Shown: positions 1 through 12,592, counted from the first letter of the stretch. The stretch: DNA of 32,000 bases from Candidatus Saccharimonadota bacterium (GCF_012562765.1 NZ_CP046226.1:90001-122000), one strand, 5' to 3'. Notes: generated from the sequence alone by a model not told the origin. Translations and numbers: made by a program.

Positions 1-615
1 GGTAAATTAATGCAAGAAATATCTTATTCTTTAAAAGAAAATAATATGGATGGATATTTTATGCAAGTTATTTTAGGTTTAAACAAAAATTTAGTTCAAA
101 AAATTTGTAAACAAGAAGCAAAAAATAATATAGTTAATATTTCTAATTATAATACATATAATCAAGTTACAATTAGTGGGAATAAAAAAGCTATATTAAG
201 AGTTGTTAAAATATGTAAATTATTAGGTGCTCATAATATACCATTATATATTAATACACCTGCACATTGTTTATTAATGAAACCAATAGTAAATAAATTT
301 AAAAAATTTTTAAAAAATATTAAATTTAATCATCCTAAAATTCCTATTATTAATACCCTTGATATAAAATGTGAAACATCTCCAAAAAAAATAAAATATA
401 ATTTAATACGTCAATTATATAATCCAGTAAATTGGGTTAAATGTATAGAATATATATCAAATAAAAATATAAATAATTTATTAGAATTTGGTCCTAAAAA
501 TATATTAGCAAAAATAACTAAACAAATTATTAATAATTTAGATGTTATTTCAATAAACAATTCTAAAACATTATCTATTGCATTAAAAAAATATAATAAT
601 ATGAGAAAAATATGA
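1..615 (+). CDS. fabD: Malonyl-CoA:ACP transacylase, C-terminal part (5' end lies outside the window)
   Basis: Frame 1 is open from base 1. The translation matches the E. coli FabD C-terminal half, e.g. NTPAHCLLMKP vs SVPSHCALMKP and RQLYNPVNW vs RQLYNPVQW. It ends in TGA at 613-615 and overlaps the fabG ATG by 4 nt (ATGA). It sits in the conserved fabD-fabG-acpP-fabF order. Confidence 0.9.
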   Translation, partial: GKLMQEISYSLKENNMDGYFMQVILGLNKNLVQKICKQEAKNNIVNISNYNTYNQVTISGNKKAILRVVKICKLLGAHNIPLYINTPAHCLLMKPIVNKFKKFLKNIKFNHPKIPIINTLDIKCETSPKKIKYNLIRQLYNPVNWVKCIEYISNKNINNLLEFGPKNILAKITKQIINNLDVISINNSKTLSIALKKYNNMRKI

Positions 616-1349
616 ATTTAAAAGGAAAATTAGCTTTAGTTACAGGAGCTAATCGTGGTATAGGATATTATATTTCTAATACTTTAGCAAATTATGGTGC
701 TAAAGTTATTGGAACATCTAAAAGTATTCATGGTGTAAAAATTATAAATAAATATTTAGGTCAAAAAGGTATTGGTTTAATATTAGATTTAATAAATAAT
801 TCTGGATCTATTAAAAATTTCTTAAATAACATTCATCATAAATTTGGAAATATAGATATATTAGTAAATAATGCTGGTATTACTTCTGATAATCTTCTAA
901 TAAAAATGAAGGAGAGTGAATGGAATAATGTTTTAATAACGAATTTAACTTCTGTTTTTATATTATCAAAAGAAGTTATTCGTTATATGTTAAAAAAATC
1001 ATTTGGACGTATTATTACTATAGGATCTATAATAGGATCTATAGGTAATATAGGACAAGTAAATTATGCAGCATCAAAATCAGGTTTAATAGGATTTAGT
1101 AAATCTTTAGCTTTAGAAGTAGCACATAAAGGAGTTACTGTTAATATTATATCTCCTGGATTTATTGAAACTGATATGACTAATAAACTTTCAAAACATA
1201 CAAAAAATAATATTTTATCTAAAATACCTTTTAAACGTTTTGGTAAACCACAAGAAATAGCTGATGCTGTAGCATTTTTAGCTTCTGATAAAGCATCGTA
1301 TATTACAGGAGAAACAATACATGTTAATGGTGGCTTGTATATGCCTTAA
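612..1349 (+). CDS. fabG: 3-oxoacyl-ACP reductase (SDR family)
   Basis: 245 aa, colinear with E. coli FabG: TGANRGIG cofactor motif, NNAGIT, YAASKSG active-site YxxxK, and C-terminal YITGETIHVNGG. Confidence 0.95.
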   Translation: MNLKGKLALVTGANRGIGYYISNTLANYGAKVIGTSKSIHGVKIINKYLGQKGIGLILDLINNSGSIKNFLNNIHHKFGNIDILVNNAGITSDNLLIKMKESEWNNVLITNLTSVFILSKEVIRYMLKKSFGRIITIGSIIGSIGNIGQVNYAASKSGLIGFSKSLALEVAHKGVTVNIISPGFIETDMTNKLSKHTKNNILSKIPFKRFGKPQEIADAVAFLASDKASYITGETIHVNGGLYMP

Positions 1350-1453
1350 ATGAGTATAATTTTATTATATAAATTATATTAGATCTTTGAAATAAATTTT
1401 TTATTTTTAATAAAGATACTAATAAGTAATAAATCTTTTTCAGAATTTGATAA

Positions 1454-1738
<285 letters not shown>

Positions 1739-1743
1739 ATAAC

Positions 1744-1790
1744 ATCAAAGGATGAATCAAAATATTAAATTCATCCTTTGATTATTATTA
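1744..1790 (+). terminator. Probable intrinsic terminator or attenuating hairpin downstream of acpP
   Basis: Perfect 14-bp inverted repeat, atcaaaggatgaat (1744-1757) and attcatcctttgat (1769-1782), with an 11-nt loop. A T-rich tract (tattatta) follows. It begins 6 nt after the acpP stop. Confidence 0.6.
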
Positions 1791-1815
1791 AAAATAATTT
1801 TATATTATAAAAAAT

Positions 1816-3054
1816 ATGTTAAAACGTAGAGTAGTTATTACTGGTATAGGTCTTATTACTCCTATAGGAAATACAGTAAAAATTAGTTGGAATAATGTTA
1901 TAAATGGAAATAGTGGTATTAATTTGATTAAAGATTTTGATACAAGCAAATATACTACTAAATTTGCAGGACTAATAAAAAATTTTTCTTGTAAAGATTT
2001 TATTATAAAAAAAAAAATACGTAATATGGATCTATTTATTCAATATGGAATAGTTGCTTCTAAACAAGCAATACAAGATTCAGGAATAATTATTAATAAA
2101 ATAAATTCTTATCGATTTGGTGTTGCAATAGGTTCTGGAATGGGTGGAATTGGTTTAACAGAAAAAAATAATTATATATTATATAATAAAGGTCCTCAAA
2201 AAATAACTCCTTTTTTTATTCCATCTACAATGATTAATATGATAACAGGAAATGTTGCTATTAATTATGGTTTTAAAGGACCTACAATATCTATTAGTAG
2301 TGCTTGTAGTTCTGCAATGCAGAATATTGGAGTAGCATCTAGAATAATATCTTATAATGATGCTGATATAATGTTAGCTGGTGGTTCAGAGAAAGCAATA
2401 ACTCCTCTAGGACTAAGTGGATTTTGTGCAATGAAAGCACTTTCTAAAAGAAATAATAGTCCTAAAGAAGCTAGTCGTCCTTGGGATAAGGATCGAGATG
2501 GATTTGTTTTAAGTGATGGAGCTGGAATATTAGTATTAGAAGAATATAATCATGCAAAAAAACGTAATGCAAATATTTATGCTGAAATAGTAGGATTTGG
2601 CATGAGTAATGATGCTTATCATATAACAACTCCATCTAAATATGGTGAAGGAGCTATTTTATCTATGTTAAATGCACTAAAAGATGCAAACATAGATTCT
2701 AATGAAATTAAATATATTAATGCTCATGGTACATCAACTATATTAGGTGATATTGCTGAAGTTTATGCTATTAAATATGTTTTTAAACATAATCTAAAAT
2801 TATTTGTAAGTTCTACTAAATCAGTTACTGGACATTTATTAGGTGCTTCAGGTGCAGTAGAATCTATTTATTCTATTTTATCTTTAAAAGATCAAATAGT
2901 ACCTCCAACTATTAATTTAAATAATGTTGATAAAAATTTTAATTTAGATTTTATTCCTCATTTTGCACGTGATGTTAAAAATATGAAATATGTATTATGT
3001 AATTCTTTTGGTTTTGGAGGGACTAATGCTACACTAATTTTTAAAAAAATATAA
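1816..3054 (+). CDS. fabF: 3-oxoacyl-ACP synthase II (KAS II)
   Basis: 412 aa. The N-terminus [19 protein letters not shown] matches E. coli FabF MSKRRVVVTGLGMLSPVGN. It has the active-site SSACSS Cys, HGTST and GHLLGASG motifs, and lies directly after acpP as in E. coli. Confidence 0.93.
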   Translation: MLKRRVVITGIGLITPIGNTVKISWNNVINGNSGINLIKDFDTSKYTTKFAGLIKNFSCKDFIIKKKIRNMDLFIQYGIVASKQAIQDSGIIINKINSYRFGVAIGSGMGGIGLTEKNNYILYNKGPQKITPFFIPSTMINMITGNVAINYGFKGPTISISSACSSAMQNIGVASRIISYNDADIMLAGGSEKAITPLGLSGFCAMKALSKRNNSPKEASRPWDKDRDGFVLSDGAGILVLEEYNHAKKRNANIYAEIVGFGMSNDAYHITTPSKYGEGAILSMLNALKDANIDSNEIKYINAHGTSTILGDIAEVYAIKYVFKHNLKLFVSSTKSVTGHLLGASGAVESIYSILSLKDQIVPPTINLNNVDKNFNLDFIPHFARDVKNMKYVLCNSFGFGGTNATLIFKKI

Positions 3055-3194
3055 TTAATTATAAAAATATTTAAAATAAAATTTTTATAAAAAATAAAAT
3101 TTATAATTAAACATATTTGATAATTTGATTTTTAATTTAATTTTATTAAAATAAATATAAATAAAATTTATACATAAAATATAATTAAATAAAC

Positions 3195-3815
3195 ATGAAA
3201 AAAAACCAATTTATTGTAGTAGAAGGTATAGATGGATCAGGAAAAACAACAATTTGTAATTATATAATAACTTTACTTCATAATATAAATATTCATAATA
3301 TTATTTATACACATGAACCTGGAGGAACTCCTTTAGCTGAAAAACTAAGACAATTAATTAAATATTCAAAAAATGAAATATTATCTAATAGAACTGAATT
3401 ATTATTAATTTACGCATCAAGATTACAATTATTAGATAATATTTTAAGACCAAATATTAATAATTGTTGGATATTATCTGATAGATATGATCTATCTTCA
3501 TATGCTTATCAAATAGGTGGTAGAGGTATTAATGAAAAAGATATTTTATTTTTTCAAAAATTTATTATTAATAATATTAAACCTAATATAACTATTTATT
3601 TAGATGTAAATCCAGTTATTAGTTTAAATAGAATTCAATTAAGAAAAAAAGATAGAATTGAAAAAGAATCTTTAATTTTTTTTACTAAAGTAAGACAATA
3701 TTATTTAAAAATAGCTAAACAAGATAATAATATTATTATTATTGATGCTAATCAAAATCTTTATGATGTTAAATTAACAGTAAAAAAAGTAATAATGAAA
3801 TGGCTAAAAAATTAG
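3195..3815 (+). CDS. tmk: Thymidylate (dTMP) kinase
   Basis: 206 aa with the P-loop VVEGIDGSGKTT, the DRY motif region (SDRYDLSSYAYQ), and a position upstream of holB as in E. coli. Confidence 0.9.
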   Translation: MKKNQFIVVEGIDGSGKTTICNYIITLLHNINIHNIIYTHEPGGTPLAEKLRQLIKYSKNEILSNRTELLLIYASRLQLLDNILRPNINNCWILSDRYDLSSYAYQIGGRGINEKDILFFQKFIINNIKPNITIYLDVNPVISLNRIQLRKKDRIEKESLIFFTKVRQYYLKIAKQDNNIIIIDANQNLYDVKLTVKKVIMKWLKN

Positions 3816-4840
3816 GAAATATAAAAAATAATATATCTTCATTATATTATTCTTGGTTAAATAATAATTATAAATTAATACTATCTCAATTTTTAAAAAA
3901 AAAAAGTTATCATGCTTTTATTTTTTGTTCAATACATGGAATAGGTACTATAGATTTAATTTATGCATTAATTAAATGGATATTATGTACTAATAAAAAT
4001 TATTTAAATAATTGTGAAAAATGTAAGAATTGTATTTTAATTAAAACAGGTAATCATCCTGACTTATATATTATAAAAAAAAAATATGGTCATATAAATA
4101 TAAGTATAGATGATATAAGAAATATTATCGATAATATCTATAATAATTCTTATAGAGATCAAGGAAAAATAATATGGTTACCATTTGCTAAACAATTAAA
4201 TAATTCATCTAGTAATGCACTTTTAAAAATTCTTGAAGAACCTCCTAAAAATACTTGGTTTTTCATACAATGCTATAATAAAAGTGATTTATTACCTACA
4301 ATATCTAGTCGTTGTCAAATATGGTATATTAATCCACCATCTGAAAAAGATGGATTATATTGGTTAAATAAAAAATTAAATAATAATTATGAAAAAAAAA
4401 TAATAATAACTGCATTACGTATATGTAATTATTCTCCTATTAATGCATATAAATTATTAAATAGTGCTTTATGGATACAAAGAAAAAAATTATATGAAAT
4501 TTTTGTTTCAGCAATAAAACATGATATATTATATTTATTAAAAATATTGAATACTAAAAATGTATTATTATATTTTAATTGGTTATACTTAATATTAATA
4601 GATGTAATTAAGTATCATTTAAAATTAAGAAAAAATTTTTTTTATAATATAGATCAATTTAATTTAATATTAGAAATATCAAAAATAATAAATTTAAATA
4701 ATATATTTTTAATAATAGATGATTTATTATACTATCGTAATTGTTTAATTAATATTATTAATATTAATCAAAAATTAGTTTTAATTAGATTTTTACTATC
4801 ATTAGAAAAAAAAATTAATATTTTTAATAATAAAAATTAG
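3800..4840 (+). CDS. holB: DNA polymerase III delta-prime subunit
   Basis: 346 aa with the Zn module CEKCKNC...GNHPD, ALLKILEEPP and SRC motifs typical of HolB. It overlaps the tmk 3' end by 16 nt. The exact N-terminus is uncertain: this is the only ATG, and the homologous region begins about 14 codons in. Confidence 0.85.
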   Translation: MAKKLGNIKNNISSLYYSWLNNNYKLILSQFLKKKSYHAFIFCSIHGIGTIDLIYALIKWILCTNKNYLNNCEKCKNCILIKTGNHPDLYIIKKKYGHINISIDDIRNIIDNIYNNSYRDQGKIIWLPFAKQLNNSSSNALLKILEEPPKNTWFFIQCYNKSDLLPTISSRCQIWYINPPSEKDGLYWLNKKLNNNYEKKIIITALRICNYSPINAYKLLNSALWIQRKKLYEIFVSAIKHDILYLLKILNTKNVLLYFNWLYLILIDVIKYHLKLRKNFFYNIDQFNLILEISKIINLNNIFLIIDDLLYYRNCLINIININQKLVLIRFLLSLEKKINIFNNKN

Positions 4841-4883
4841 TTATTTTTTAATTTAGTAAAAAAATAAATATCAGGACTATATA

Positions 4884-6344
4884 ATGTTTAATAATGTATT
4901 TGCTAATTTACAAAAAGTTGGTAAATCTTTAATGTTACCAGTTTCAGTATTACCTATTGCTGGTATATTATTAGGTATTGGATCAGCTAATTTTTATTGG
5001 TTACCAAAAATTGTTTCTGATCTTATGGAAAAAACTGGAGGTTCTGTTTTTTCTAATATGCCATTAATTTTTGCTATTGGAATTGCTTTAGGATTTACTA
5101 AAAATAATGGAGTATCTGCATTAGCATCAGTTGTTTCATATGGTATTTTGACTAAAACTGTAGAAGTAATTATTCCATTATTATTATATAATATACCACA
5201 TGATGTTATTTTAAAAAAACATTTTGCTGATACAGGTGTATTAGGAGGAATTATATCTGGAACTATAGCAGCTTATATGTTTAATAAATTTCATCAAATT
5301 AAATTAGTAGAATATTTTGGTTTTTTTTCTGGAAAACGTTTTGTTCCTATTATTTCTGGTTTAACATCAATTTTTGTTGGAATTGTATTATCTTTTATAT
5401 GGTTACCTTTAGGTAAAATTATTCAATGTTTTTCACATTGGGCAGCTTATCAAAATCCAATACTTGCTTTTGGAATATATGGAGTTATAGAAAGAGCTTT
5501 ATTACCTTTTGGATTACATCATATTTGGAATGTTCCATTCCAAATGGAAATTGGATCATTTACTAATAATATAACAAAACAAGTATATCATGGAGAAATT
5601 GCTAGATATTTATCAGGAGATCCTAGTGCAGGTAAATTAGCAGGTGGTTTCTTATTTAAAATGTATGGTTTACCAGCAGCTGCAATTGCAATATGGCATT
5701 CATCTAAAAAAGAAAATAAAATTAAAATTGGTAGTTTAATGTTGTCTGCAGCATTAACTTCTTTTTTTACTGGAATTACAGAACCAATAGAATTTTCTTT
5801 TATGTATGTAGAACCTATATTATATATAATACATATTATTTTAGCTGGTTTATCTTTTCCTATTTGTATAGCATTAGGTATGAGAAATGGAACAAGTTTT
5901 TCTCATGGTTTAATTGATTTTATTATATTAAGCGGTCATGGTAGTAAAATATGGTTATTTCCAATAATAGGAAGTATTTATGCTATATTATATTATTCTA
6001 TTTTCAGAATATTAATAGTTAAATGGAATTTAAAAACACCTGGAAGAGAAAATTTAAGTAGTAATATGTCCAATACTAATATATTTAAAATAGAAAAAAG
6101 AACAGAATATATTAAACAATTAATAGATTCTTTTGGAGGTAAAAAAAATATTACAAATTTAGATGCTTGTATTACTAGATTGCGTGTTAGTGTTATAGAT
6201 ATTAATAAAGTAAATAAAAAAAATTTAATGAAATTAGGTGCATTAGGAGTTATTATGTCTGGTAATGGTGTACAAGCTGTATTTGGAACTCAATCTGATA
6301 ATTTAAAAACAGAAATAGATATTTTTATAGGTAATAAATATTAA
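4884..6344 (+). CDS. ptsG: PTS glucose-specific EIICB component
   Basis: 486 aa, colinear with E. coli PtsG from [31 protein letters not shown] to the EIIB domain with the phosphocysteine motif [16 protein letters not shown] lies 7 nt upstream of the ATG. Confidence 0.95.
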   Translation: MFNNVFANLQKVGKSLMLPVSVLPIAGILLGIGSANFYWLPKIVSDLMEKTGGSVFSNMPLIFAIGIALGFTKNNGVSALASVVSYGILTKTVEVIIPLLLYNIPHDVILKKHFADTGVLGGIISGTIAAYMFNKFHQIKLVEYFGFFSGKRFVPIISGLTSIFVGIVLSFIWLPLGKIIQCFSHWAAYQNPILAFGIYGVIERALLPFGLHHIWNVPFQMEIGSFTNNITKQVYHGEIARYLSGDPSAGKLAGGFLFKMYGLPAAAIAIWHSSKKENKIKIGSLMLSAALTSFFTGITEPIEFSFMYVEPILYIIHIILAGLSFPICIALGMRNGTSFSHGLIDFIILSGHGSKIWLFPIIGSIYAILYYSIFRILIVKWNLKTPGRENLSSNMSNTNIFKIEKRTEYIKQLIDSFGGKKNITNLDACITRLRVSVIDINKVNKKNLMKLGALGVIMSGNGVQAVFGTQSDNLKTEIDIFIGNKY

Positions 6345-6358
6345 TTTAATTATAAAAA

Positions 6359-6709
6359 ATGAAAAATAATAATAATATTTTTAAAAGAATAATATTACAT
6401 CAAACTTCAACAAAAATTATATATCAAGATAATTTAGTTACTGCTTTTAATGATATTTATCCTCAAAGTCCTGTACATATTTTAATTGTACCAAATCATT
6501 TTATAGAAACTTGTAATAATATAAATCATTCACATGAATTAACTTTAGGTAGAATGTTATTAGTTTGTTCTAAATTAGCTAAACAAAAAAATATAGATAA
6601 AAATGGATATAGAATAGTTATTAATTGTAATAAACATGGATGTCAAGAAATATTTTATTTACATATTCATTTATTAGGAGGAAGACAAGGAAGTAAAATA
6701 TATTATTAA
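6359..6709 (+). CDS. hinT: HIT-family purine nucleoside phosphoramidase
   Basis: 116 aa. YQDNLVTAFNDIYPQSPVHILIVPN and the histidine triad HIHLLGG match E. coli HinT (YcfF). Confidence 0.85.
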   Translation: MKNNNNIFKRIILHQTSTKIIYQDNLVTAFNDIYPQSPVHILIVPNHFIETCNNINHSHELTLGRMLLVCSKLAKQKNIDKNGYRIVINCNKHGCQEIFYLHIHLLGGRQGSKIYY

Positions 6710-6931
6710 TATAAATTTTTTTTAATAGTAAAATTTTCTATAATATAAAAATATATTTTTTTAATATAAATTATTTAAAATTAACTTATTTTCTATATGA
6801 TTATTTTTATAGAAATAATGTAAAAATTATTTTATAGAAAATTAAATTTTATTAATAGTATTAAATAGTTTAATATAACAATATATTAAAAATTTTTCTA
6901 ATAAATATTATTTAAATATAAAAATAAAATA

Positions 6932-8668
6932 TTAATTAATATTTTTTATAGAACTAATACCTATTCTAGTAATTTTATTATTTTCTTTTTCTGCTATAGT
7001 CCATAAAATATTATTCCATTTAATATTATCACCTACTACTATAGTATTACTTTTCATTAAATAAATTAGTAAATTTCCTATAGATTGTTGTATATCAATA
7101 TCATTACTTAATTTTAAACTATAAATTTTAACTATATCATATAATTTAGTTTCAGCATCAAGAATAAAATCACCAAAAAATTTTTGGTTTATTGATAATG
7201 AAATTGATTTACTAAATAATTTTCCTAATTCTTTTAAATTATTTTCATGACCTATAATACAAATTATATCATTTTTTTGTAAAATAGTATTTCCAGTAGG
7301 TCTTAATAATATATTTTTTCTGAATAATGCACTAATAAATGTTTTCTTAGGCATATATAAATCACGTATTGAAGATCCAATACACCAAGTTTCTGAATTT
7401 AGTATATAAATAAATTGTTCCCATTGACATTTAACATTTATATCTAAATTAATTCTATAATTAGGTAAAATAATAGAAGGTATTAATATTTTTGTTTTAC
7501 GTGCAAAGAAAGTTAAAAAACTACTTTGGACTATTAAAGAAGTTAAAACAACAATAAATGATATATTAAAAAATAACATAGCATTTTCTATTTGTGATAT
7601 CACAGGAAATAATGCTAATATAATCGGAACAGCTCCTCTTAATCCCATCCAACTAATAAAAAATTTTTCACGTAAATAAAAACGACTAAACGGTAATAAT
7701 CCTATAAAAACAGATAATGGTCTAATTAAAAAGACTATTAAAAAAGATAATATTAATGACGGTATTATAATATTAGATAAAGAATTAAGATTAACTAATA
7801 ATCCTAATATTAAAAACATAGTTATTTGACTTAACCATGAAATACCATTAAAAGTTTGAAGAATATTACTACAAGTACGAATATTATAATTACCAATAAT
7901 AAAACCATACAAATAAATAGCTAAAATACCACTACCATCTAATAAATTAGTTAAGGAAAAAATAAATATACCTATACTTAATGCTATTAATGGATATAAT
8001 CCACCAACAAATTTAATTTTATTAATAATTTTTTTTAGTATGAATGCACCAATTAATCCTAATATAATGCCTATTATAAATTCTTTAATTAAATGAAAAA
8101 AATGTAATATTAATATATTCATAGTAAAATTTAATTGTTTAATTTTAATCATTTTGATAATAGATATTGTTAAAAATACAGCCATAGGGTCATTACTACC
8201 AGATTCTATTTCAAGAATAGAAGTTACCCTTTCATTTAATCCTTTATCAGAAGTAAAAATAGCAGCAGCATCAGTTGATGCTAATATTGAACCAACTAAA
8301 AAACCATAAATAAAATCAATATTAAATAAATAAGATGTTACAACTCCTATTAATCCAGCTGTTATTAAAACTCCAATAGTTGCTAAAGATAATGCAGGAG
8401 CTAAAGCAATTTTTATTGAAGAAATTTTTGTTCTCATTCCTCCATCAAGCAAAATAATAGCTAAAGCTAAATTACTAATAATATTTGCTACTAAATAACT
8501 ATGAAATGAAATTCTACCAATACCTCCTGATCCTGATAATATACCTATAGCTAAAAATACTAATAAAATAGAAACACCTATCCTTGAAGTAATTGAACTA
8601 AGTAAAATACTAGATGTAATTAAAATACATCCAATTATAAATAAAATAAAAATTGATTGTAAATCCAA
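6932..8668 (-). CDS. cvrA: K+/H+ antiporter NhaP2 (CvrA/YcgO family) with C-terminal TrkA-C-like domain
   Basis: 578 aa, the same length as E. coli CvrA as I recall it, and colinear with it: ...LEIESGSNDPMAVFLT..., GLRGAVPIILA, FFGDFILDA. The start codon is TTG (reverse complement of 8666-8668). It aligns exactly with E. coli Met1 and is preceded by GGAG with a 9-nt spacer. There is no in-frame ATG upstream before a stop. Confidence 0.87.
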   Translation of the reverse strand: MDLQSIFILFIIGCILITSSILLSSITSRIGVSILLVFLAIGILSGSGGIGRISFHSYLVANIISNLALAIILLDGGMRTKISSIKIALAPALSLATIGVLITAGLIGVVTSYLFNIDFIYGFLVGSILASTDAAAIFTSDKGLNERVTSILEIESGSNDPMAVFLTISIIKMIKIKQLNFTMNILILHFFHLIKEFIIGIILGLIGAFILKKIINKIKFVGGLYPLIALSIGIFIFSLTNLLDGSGILAIYLYGFIIGNYNIRTCSNILQTFNGISWLSQITMFLILGLLVNLNSLSNIIIPSLILSFLIVFLIRPLSVFIGLLPFSRFYLREKFFISWMGLRGAVPIILALFPVISQIENAMLFFNISFIVVLTSLIVQSSFLTFFARKTKILIPSIILPNYRINLDINVKCQWEQFIYILNSETWCIGSSIRDLYMPKKTFISALFRKNILLRPTGNTILQKNDIICIIGHENNLKELGKLFSKSISLSINQKFFGDFILDAETKLYDIVKIYSLKLSNDIDIQQSIGNLLIYLMKSNTIVVGDNIKWNNILWTIAEKENNKITRIGISSIKNIN

Positions 8669-8801
8669 TGAAAATTGCTCCTGTATTTTGGATTATTAAT
8701 TTTTATATAAATTTAAAATTTTATATAAATTTATGTTTTAAAATATTAAATAATATATCCAAAAACAAGATTTATTTAATGAAATTAAAATGAATATTTA
8801 A

Positions 8802-8833
8802 ACTGATAAATATTAATTTTAATATTTATCAGT
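8802..8833 (-). terminator. Probable terminator hairpin downstream of gapA
   Basis: Perfect 14-bp inverted repeat, actgataaatatta (8802-8815) and taatatttatcagt (8820-8833), with a 4-nt loop. It lies 33 nt beyond the gapA stop on the - strand, and mixed T/A sequence follows. The stem has two G:C pairs; the rest is A:T. Confidence 0.5.
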
Positions 8834-8865
8834 AAAAATTTTAAATATTATGAATAGATCAATAT

Positions 8866-9897
<1,032 letters not shown>

Positions 9898-9908
9898 TTA
9901 TATATTTA

Positions 9909-11753
9909 CTAATTATTTAAATTATATATAGCATATATATTTCTTGGATCATTTATTTGTTGTTTTGGTAATAATAAATTATTTTTTAATAAATCTTTTT
10001 GAAGATAGTAGTTTACTAAAGAAGGGAAAATATTATTAAATAATAAAACAGAATTATTTTTCTGAAAAGAAAAAAAATCTAATAAATTTAAAGGAAGAAA
10101 ATCAGTATCATCTTCAAACCATTTTAATGAAATATTTTTCATTTTTATTTTTGTTAGTTCAGAAATTTTTTCTATAGCAGAATCAAAATCTCCAATAGAA
10201 TCAACTAATCCATTTTTTTTTGCATCTTTTCCTAACCATACCATACCATTAGCTAATTTTTTTACATCTTTTATAGATTTATGTCTCGAATTAGAAATTA
10301 AATGTATAAATTGATCATAACCTCCTTGTATATTTATTTTTATAATTTCTTTATTTTGTAAAGGTAATTCTTTATATATTGAATTTTCTAATCCAATATT
10401 AGTATTGACTCCATCACTATAAATTCCAAAATTTTTTAAAGTATTATTAAATGTAGGTAATATAGAAAATATTCCGATAGATCCTGTAATAGTATTTATA
10501 TCACTTATAATATAATTTCCTGCTGTTGCAATAAAATATCCTCCCGATGCTGCTACTTCACCCATTGATACTACAATAGGTTTATTAACTTTTTTTAAGG
10601 AAATTAAAGAATTATATATATATTCAGCAGCTGTTAAACTACCTCCTGGACTGTTAATTTTTAATATTAATCCTTTTATAGCAGGATCTAAATATACTTG
10701 ATTTATTTCATTAATAATATTATGACTTTCTATACCATAATTTAATATTCCATTAATAGTTATTACTGCAATATTATTTTTTTTATTTTGTTTCAAATTT
10801 TGATTAATATATTCATCTATATTAATATGATTATATGTTTGATTATATAAATCTAATCCAAATTTTTTCATCATATCAAAATTAAAATCAAATTTTGTAG
10901 ATAAACTGTCGACTAATTTATTTTTTAAAGCATATAATGCTAAATTTCCATTACTTTCTTTTAATTTTTGAATTAAATCTTTATGTTTTGGTAATAAATT
11001 TTGAATACTTATTTTACGATTATTTGAAACTGTTTTTAAATAATTACCCCATAAATTATTAATTAATTTTTTCTCTATAATTTTAGTGTTTTGAGACATA
11101 TTATCTCTTGTTATTGGTTCAATAGCTGATTTAAAATCTCCTATTTTAAAAACATTTAATTTTATTTTTAATTTTTTTAATAAACTGTTAAAATAAAAAT
11201 GTTCTGCTGATAATCCATGTAAATCTACATATCCATGTGGTTCTAAAATTATTTTATTAGCAAAACTAGCTAAATAATACTGGTTTTGATTATACATATC
11301 TCCTATAGCATATATAGGTTTACCAGAGGTTTTAAAGTCATTTAAATATTTTCCTATGTAACTTAATGTATTCATATCTTCTACCATACAATCACTTAAA
11401 TTTAATACGATACCACTAATATTTTTATCTGTTTTTGCATGATGAATAGCTTGTGCAACTTGAAAAGTTGAATTTGTAACTGATAAATTTAATATTTTAT
11501 TAAAAAATTTTAAAAAAATATTATTTTGATTGATCATATCATCTGTTAAATATTGAACATCAATTTCTAATATATGTTTTTTATTTTTATTTAAATTATT
11601 TATTTGATTATTATAATCAATATTATAAATATAATAACCAATTATTATTACTAATAATAAAAAAATTATATTGAATATTAATTTTTTAAGAAAATTGATT
11701 GTAAACCAAATATAACAAAAAAAAGATTTTATCAAATTCCATAAAATAGTCAT
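9909..11753 (-). CDS. sppA: Signal peptide peptidase A (protease IV)
   Basis: 614 aa (E. coli SppA is about 618 aa). It has an N-terminal TM segment and a duplicated ClpP-like fold. The Ser region VAASGGYFIA and the Lys region FKIGDFKSAIEP are both present. AGGTGA Shine-Dalgarno upstream. Confidence 0.9.
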   Translation of the reverse strand: MTILWNLIKSFFCYIWFTINFLKKLIFNIIFLLLVIIIGYYIYNIDYNNQINNLNKNKKHILEIDVQYLTDDMINQNNIFLKFFNKILNLSVTNSTFQVAQAIHHAKTDKNISGIVLNLSDCMVEDMNTLSYIGKYLNDFKTSGKPIYAIGDMYNQNQYYLASFANKIILEPHGYVDLHGLSAEHFYFNSLLKKLKIKLNVFKIGDFKSAIEPITRDNMSQNTKIIEKKLINNLWGNYLKTVSNNRKISIQNLLPKHKDLIQKLKESNGNLALYALKNKLVDSLSTKFDFNFDMMKKFGLDLYNQTYNHINIDEYINQNLKQNKKNNIAVITINGILNYGIESHNIINEINQVYLDPAIKGLILKINSPGGSLTAAEYIYNSLISLKKVNKPIVVSMGEVAASGGYFIATAGNYIISDINTITGSIGIFSILPTFNNTLKNFGIYSDGVNTNIGLENSIYKELPLQNKEIIKINIQGGYDQFIHLISNSRHKSIKDVKKLANGMVWLGKDAKKNGLVDSIGDFDSAIEKISELTKIKMKNISLKWFEDDTDFLPLNLLDFFSFQKNNSVLLFNNIFPSLVNYYLQKDLLKNNLLLPKQQINDPRNIYAIYNLNN

Positions 11754-11782
11754 TTATCACCTAATTTTGAAATAAAATTTAA

Positions 11783-12592
11783 TTAAAAAATTTTTAAATT
11801 AATCCATACTGGAGTATGATCTGATGGTTTAATCATTTTACGAATAGAATATTCTATATTTGAATTAATATAATATTTTATTAATATTTTACTAATTAAA
11901 ATTAAATCTACTCTTAATCCACGATTGCTTAAATATCCTTTAGACCGATAATCAAACCAAGAAAACATATTATTTACTTTTGGATTCATTATTCTCCAGA
12001 TATCAAATAAACCCCATTTTAATAATTTATTAATACATATTCTTTCTTCTGGTAAAAAAGAACATTTACCTTTATTTAACCATCTTTTACGATTAATTTC
12101 TCCTATACCAATATCTAAATCAGAAATACTAACATTTATATCACCCATTAATATAACAGGATCTTTAGGATCTACATTATTTTCAAGAAATTGTTGTAAA
12201 TTTTTAAAAAAATTAATTTTAGAAGAAAATTTAATAAAATTATTACGATTATCTCCTTGAGGAAAATAACAATTAATTATTTTGATAATTCCAATAGAAC
12301 TTGGAATATCAATTATTATTAATCTTTTTTGTATATTAAATTCATCATATAAAAATCCTTGTTGTACATTTAATGGAATATATTTACTTAATAAAGCTAC
12401 TCCATGATATTTTTTTTCACCATAAAAAAAAACATTATAACCTAATTTTATTAATTTTTCTTTAGGGAAATATAAATTTTCAACTTTAGTTTCTTGTAAT
12501 CCAATAATATCAGGATTATATAAATTAATTATTGATTCAAGTTGATGAATATGTGCTCTAATACCATTAATGTTAAATGAAAGGAATTTCAT
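11783..12592 (-). CDS. xthA: Exodeoxyribonuclease III
   Basis: 269 aa. MKFLSFNINGIRA...IIGLQETKV...FSWFDYRSKG...RGLRVDLIL...PSDHTPVW is colinear with E. coli XthA. Confidence 0.93.
   Translation of the reverse strand: MKFLSFNINGIRAHIHQLESIINLYNPDIIGLQETKVENLYFPKEKLIKLGYNVFFYGEKKYHGVALLSKYIPLNVQQGFLYDEFNIQKRLIIIDIPSSIGIIKIINCYFPQGDNRNNFIKFSSKINFFKNLQQFLENNVDPKDPVILMGDINVSISDLDIGIGEINRKRWLNKGKCSFLPEERICINKLLKWGLFDIWRIMNPKVNNMFSWFDYRSKGYLSNRGLRVDLILISKILIKYYINSNIEYSIRKMIKPSDHTPVWINLKIF

Noticed and set aside
2007-2017. Long poly(A) runs inside coding regions (11 A in fabF at 2007-2017, 11 A in holB at 3895-3905, 10 A at 4075-4084 and in pheT near 28186-28195), checked as possible frameshift or transcriptional-slippage sites
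   Set aside because: All these tracts are in frame (Lys-Lys-Lys) and the genes remain full-length and colinear with their orthologues. There is no evidence of a frameshifted gene in this window. Such tracts are a general feature of A+T-rich symbiont genomes.
6731-6843. 11-bp inverted repeat (aaattttctat / tatagaaaatt) 90 nt apart, and short direct repeats (tattttatagaaa), in the convergent hinT/cvrA spacer. A 10-bp all-A:T stem at 3059-3090 after fabF was noted too.
   Set aside because: These are low-complexity A+T sequences with at most a single G:C pair (none in the fabF stem), large loops and no flanking U-tracts. They cannot be distinguished from chance without shuffled-sequence statistics or cross-species conservation.
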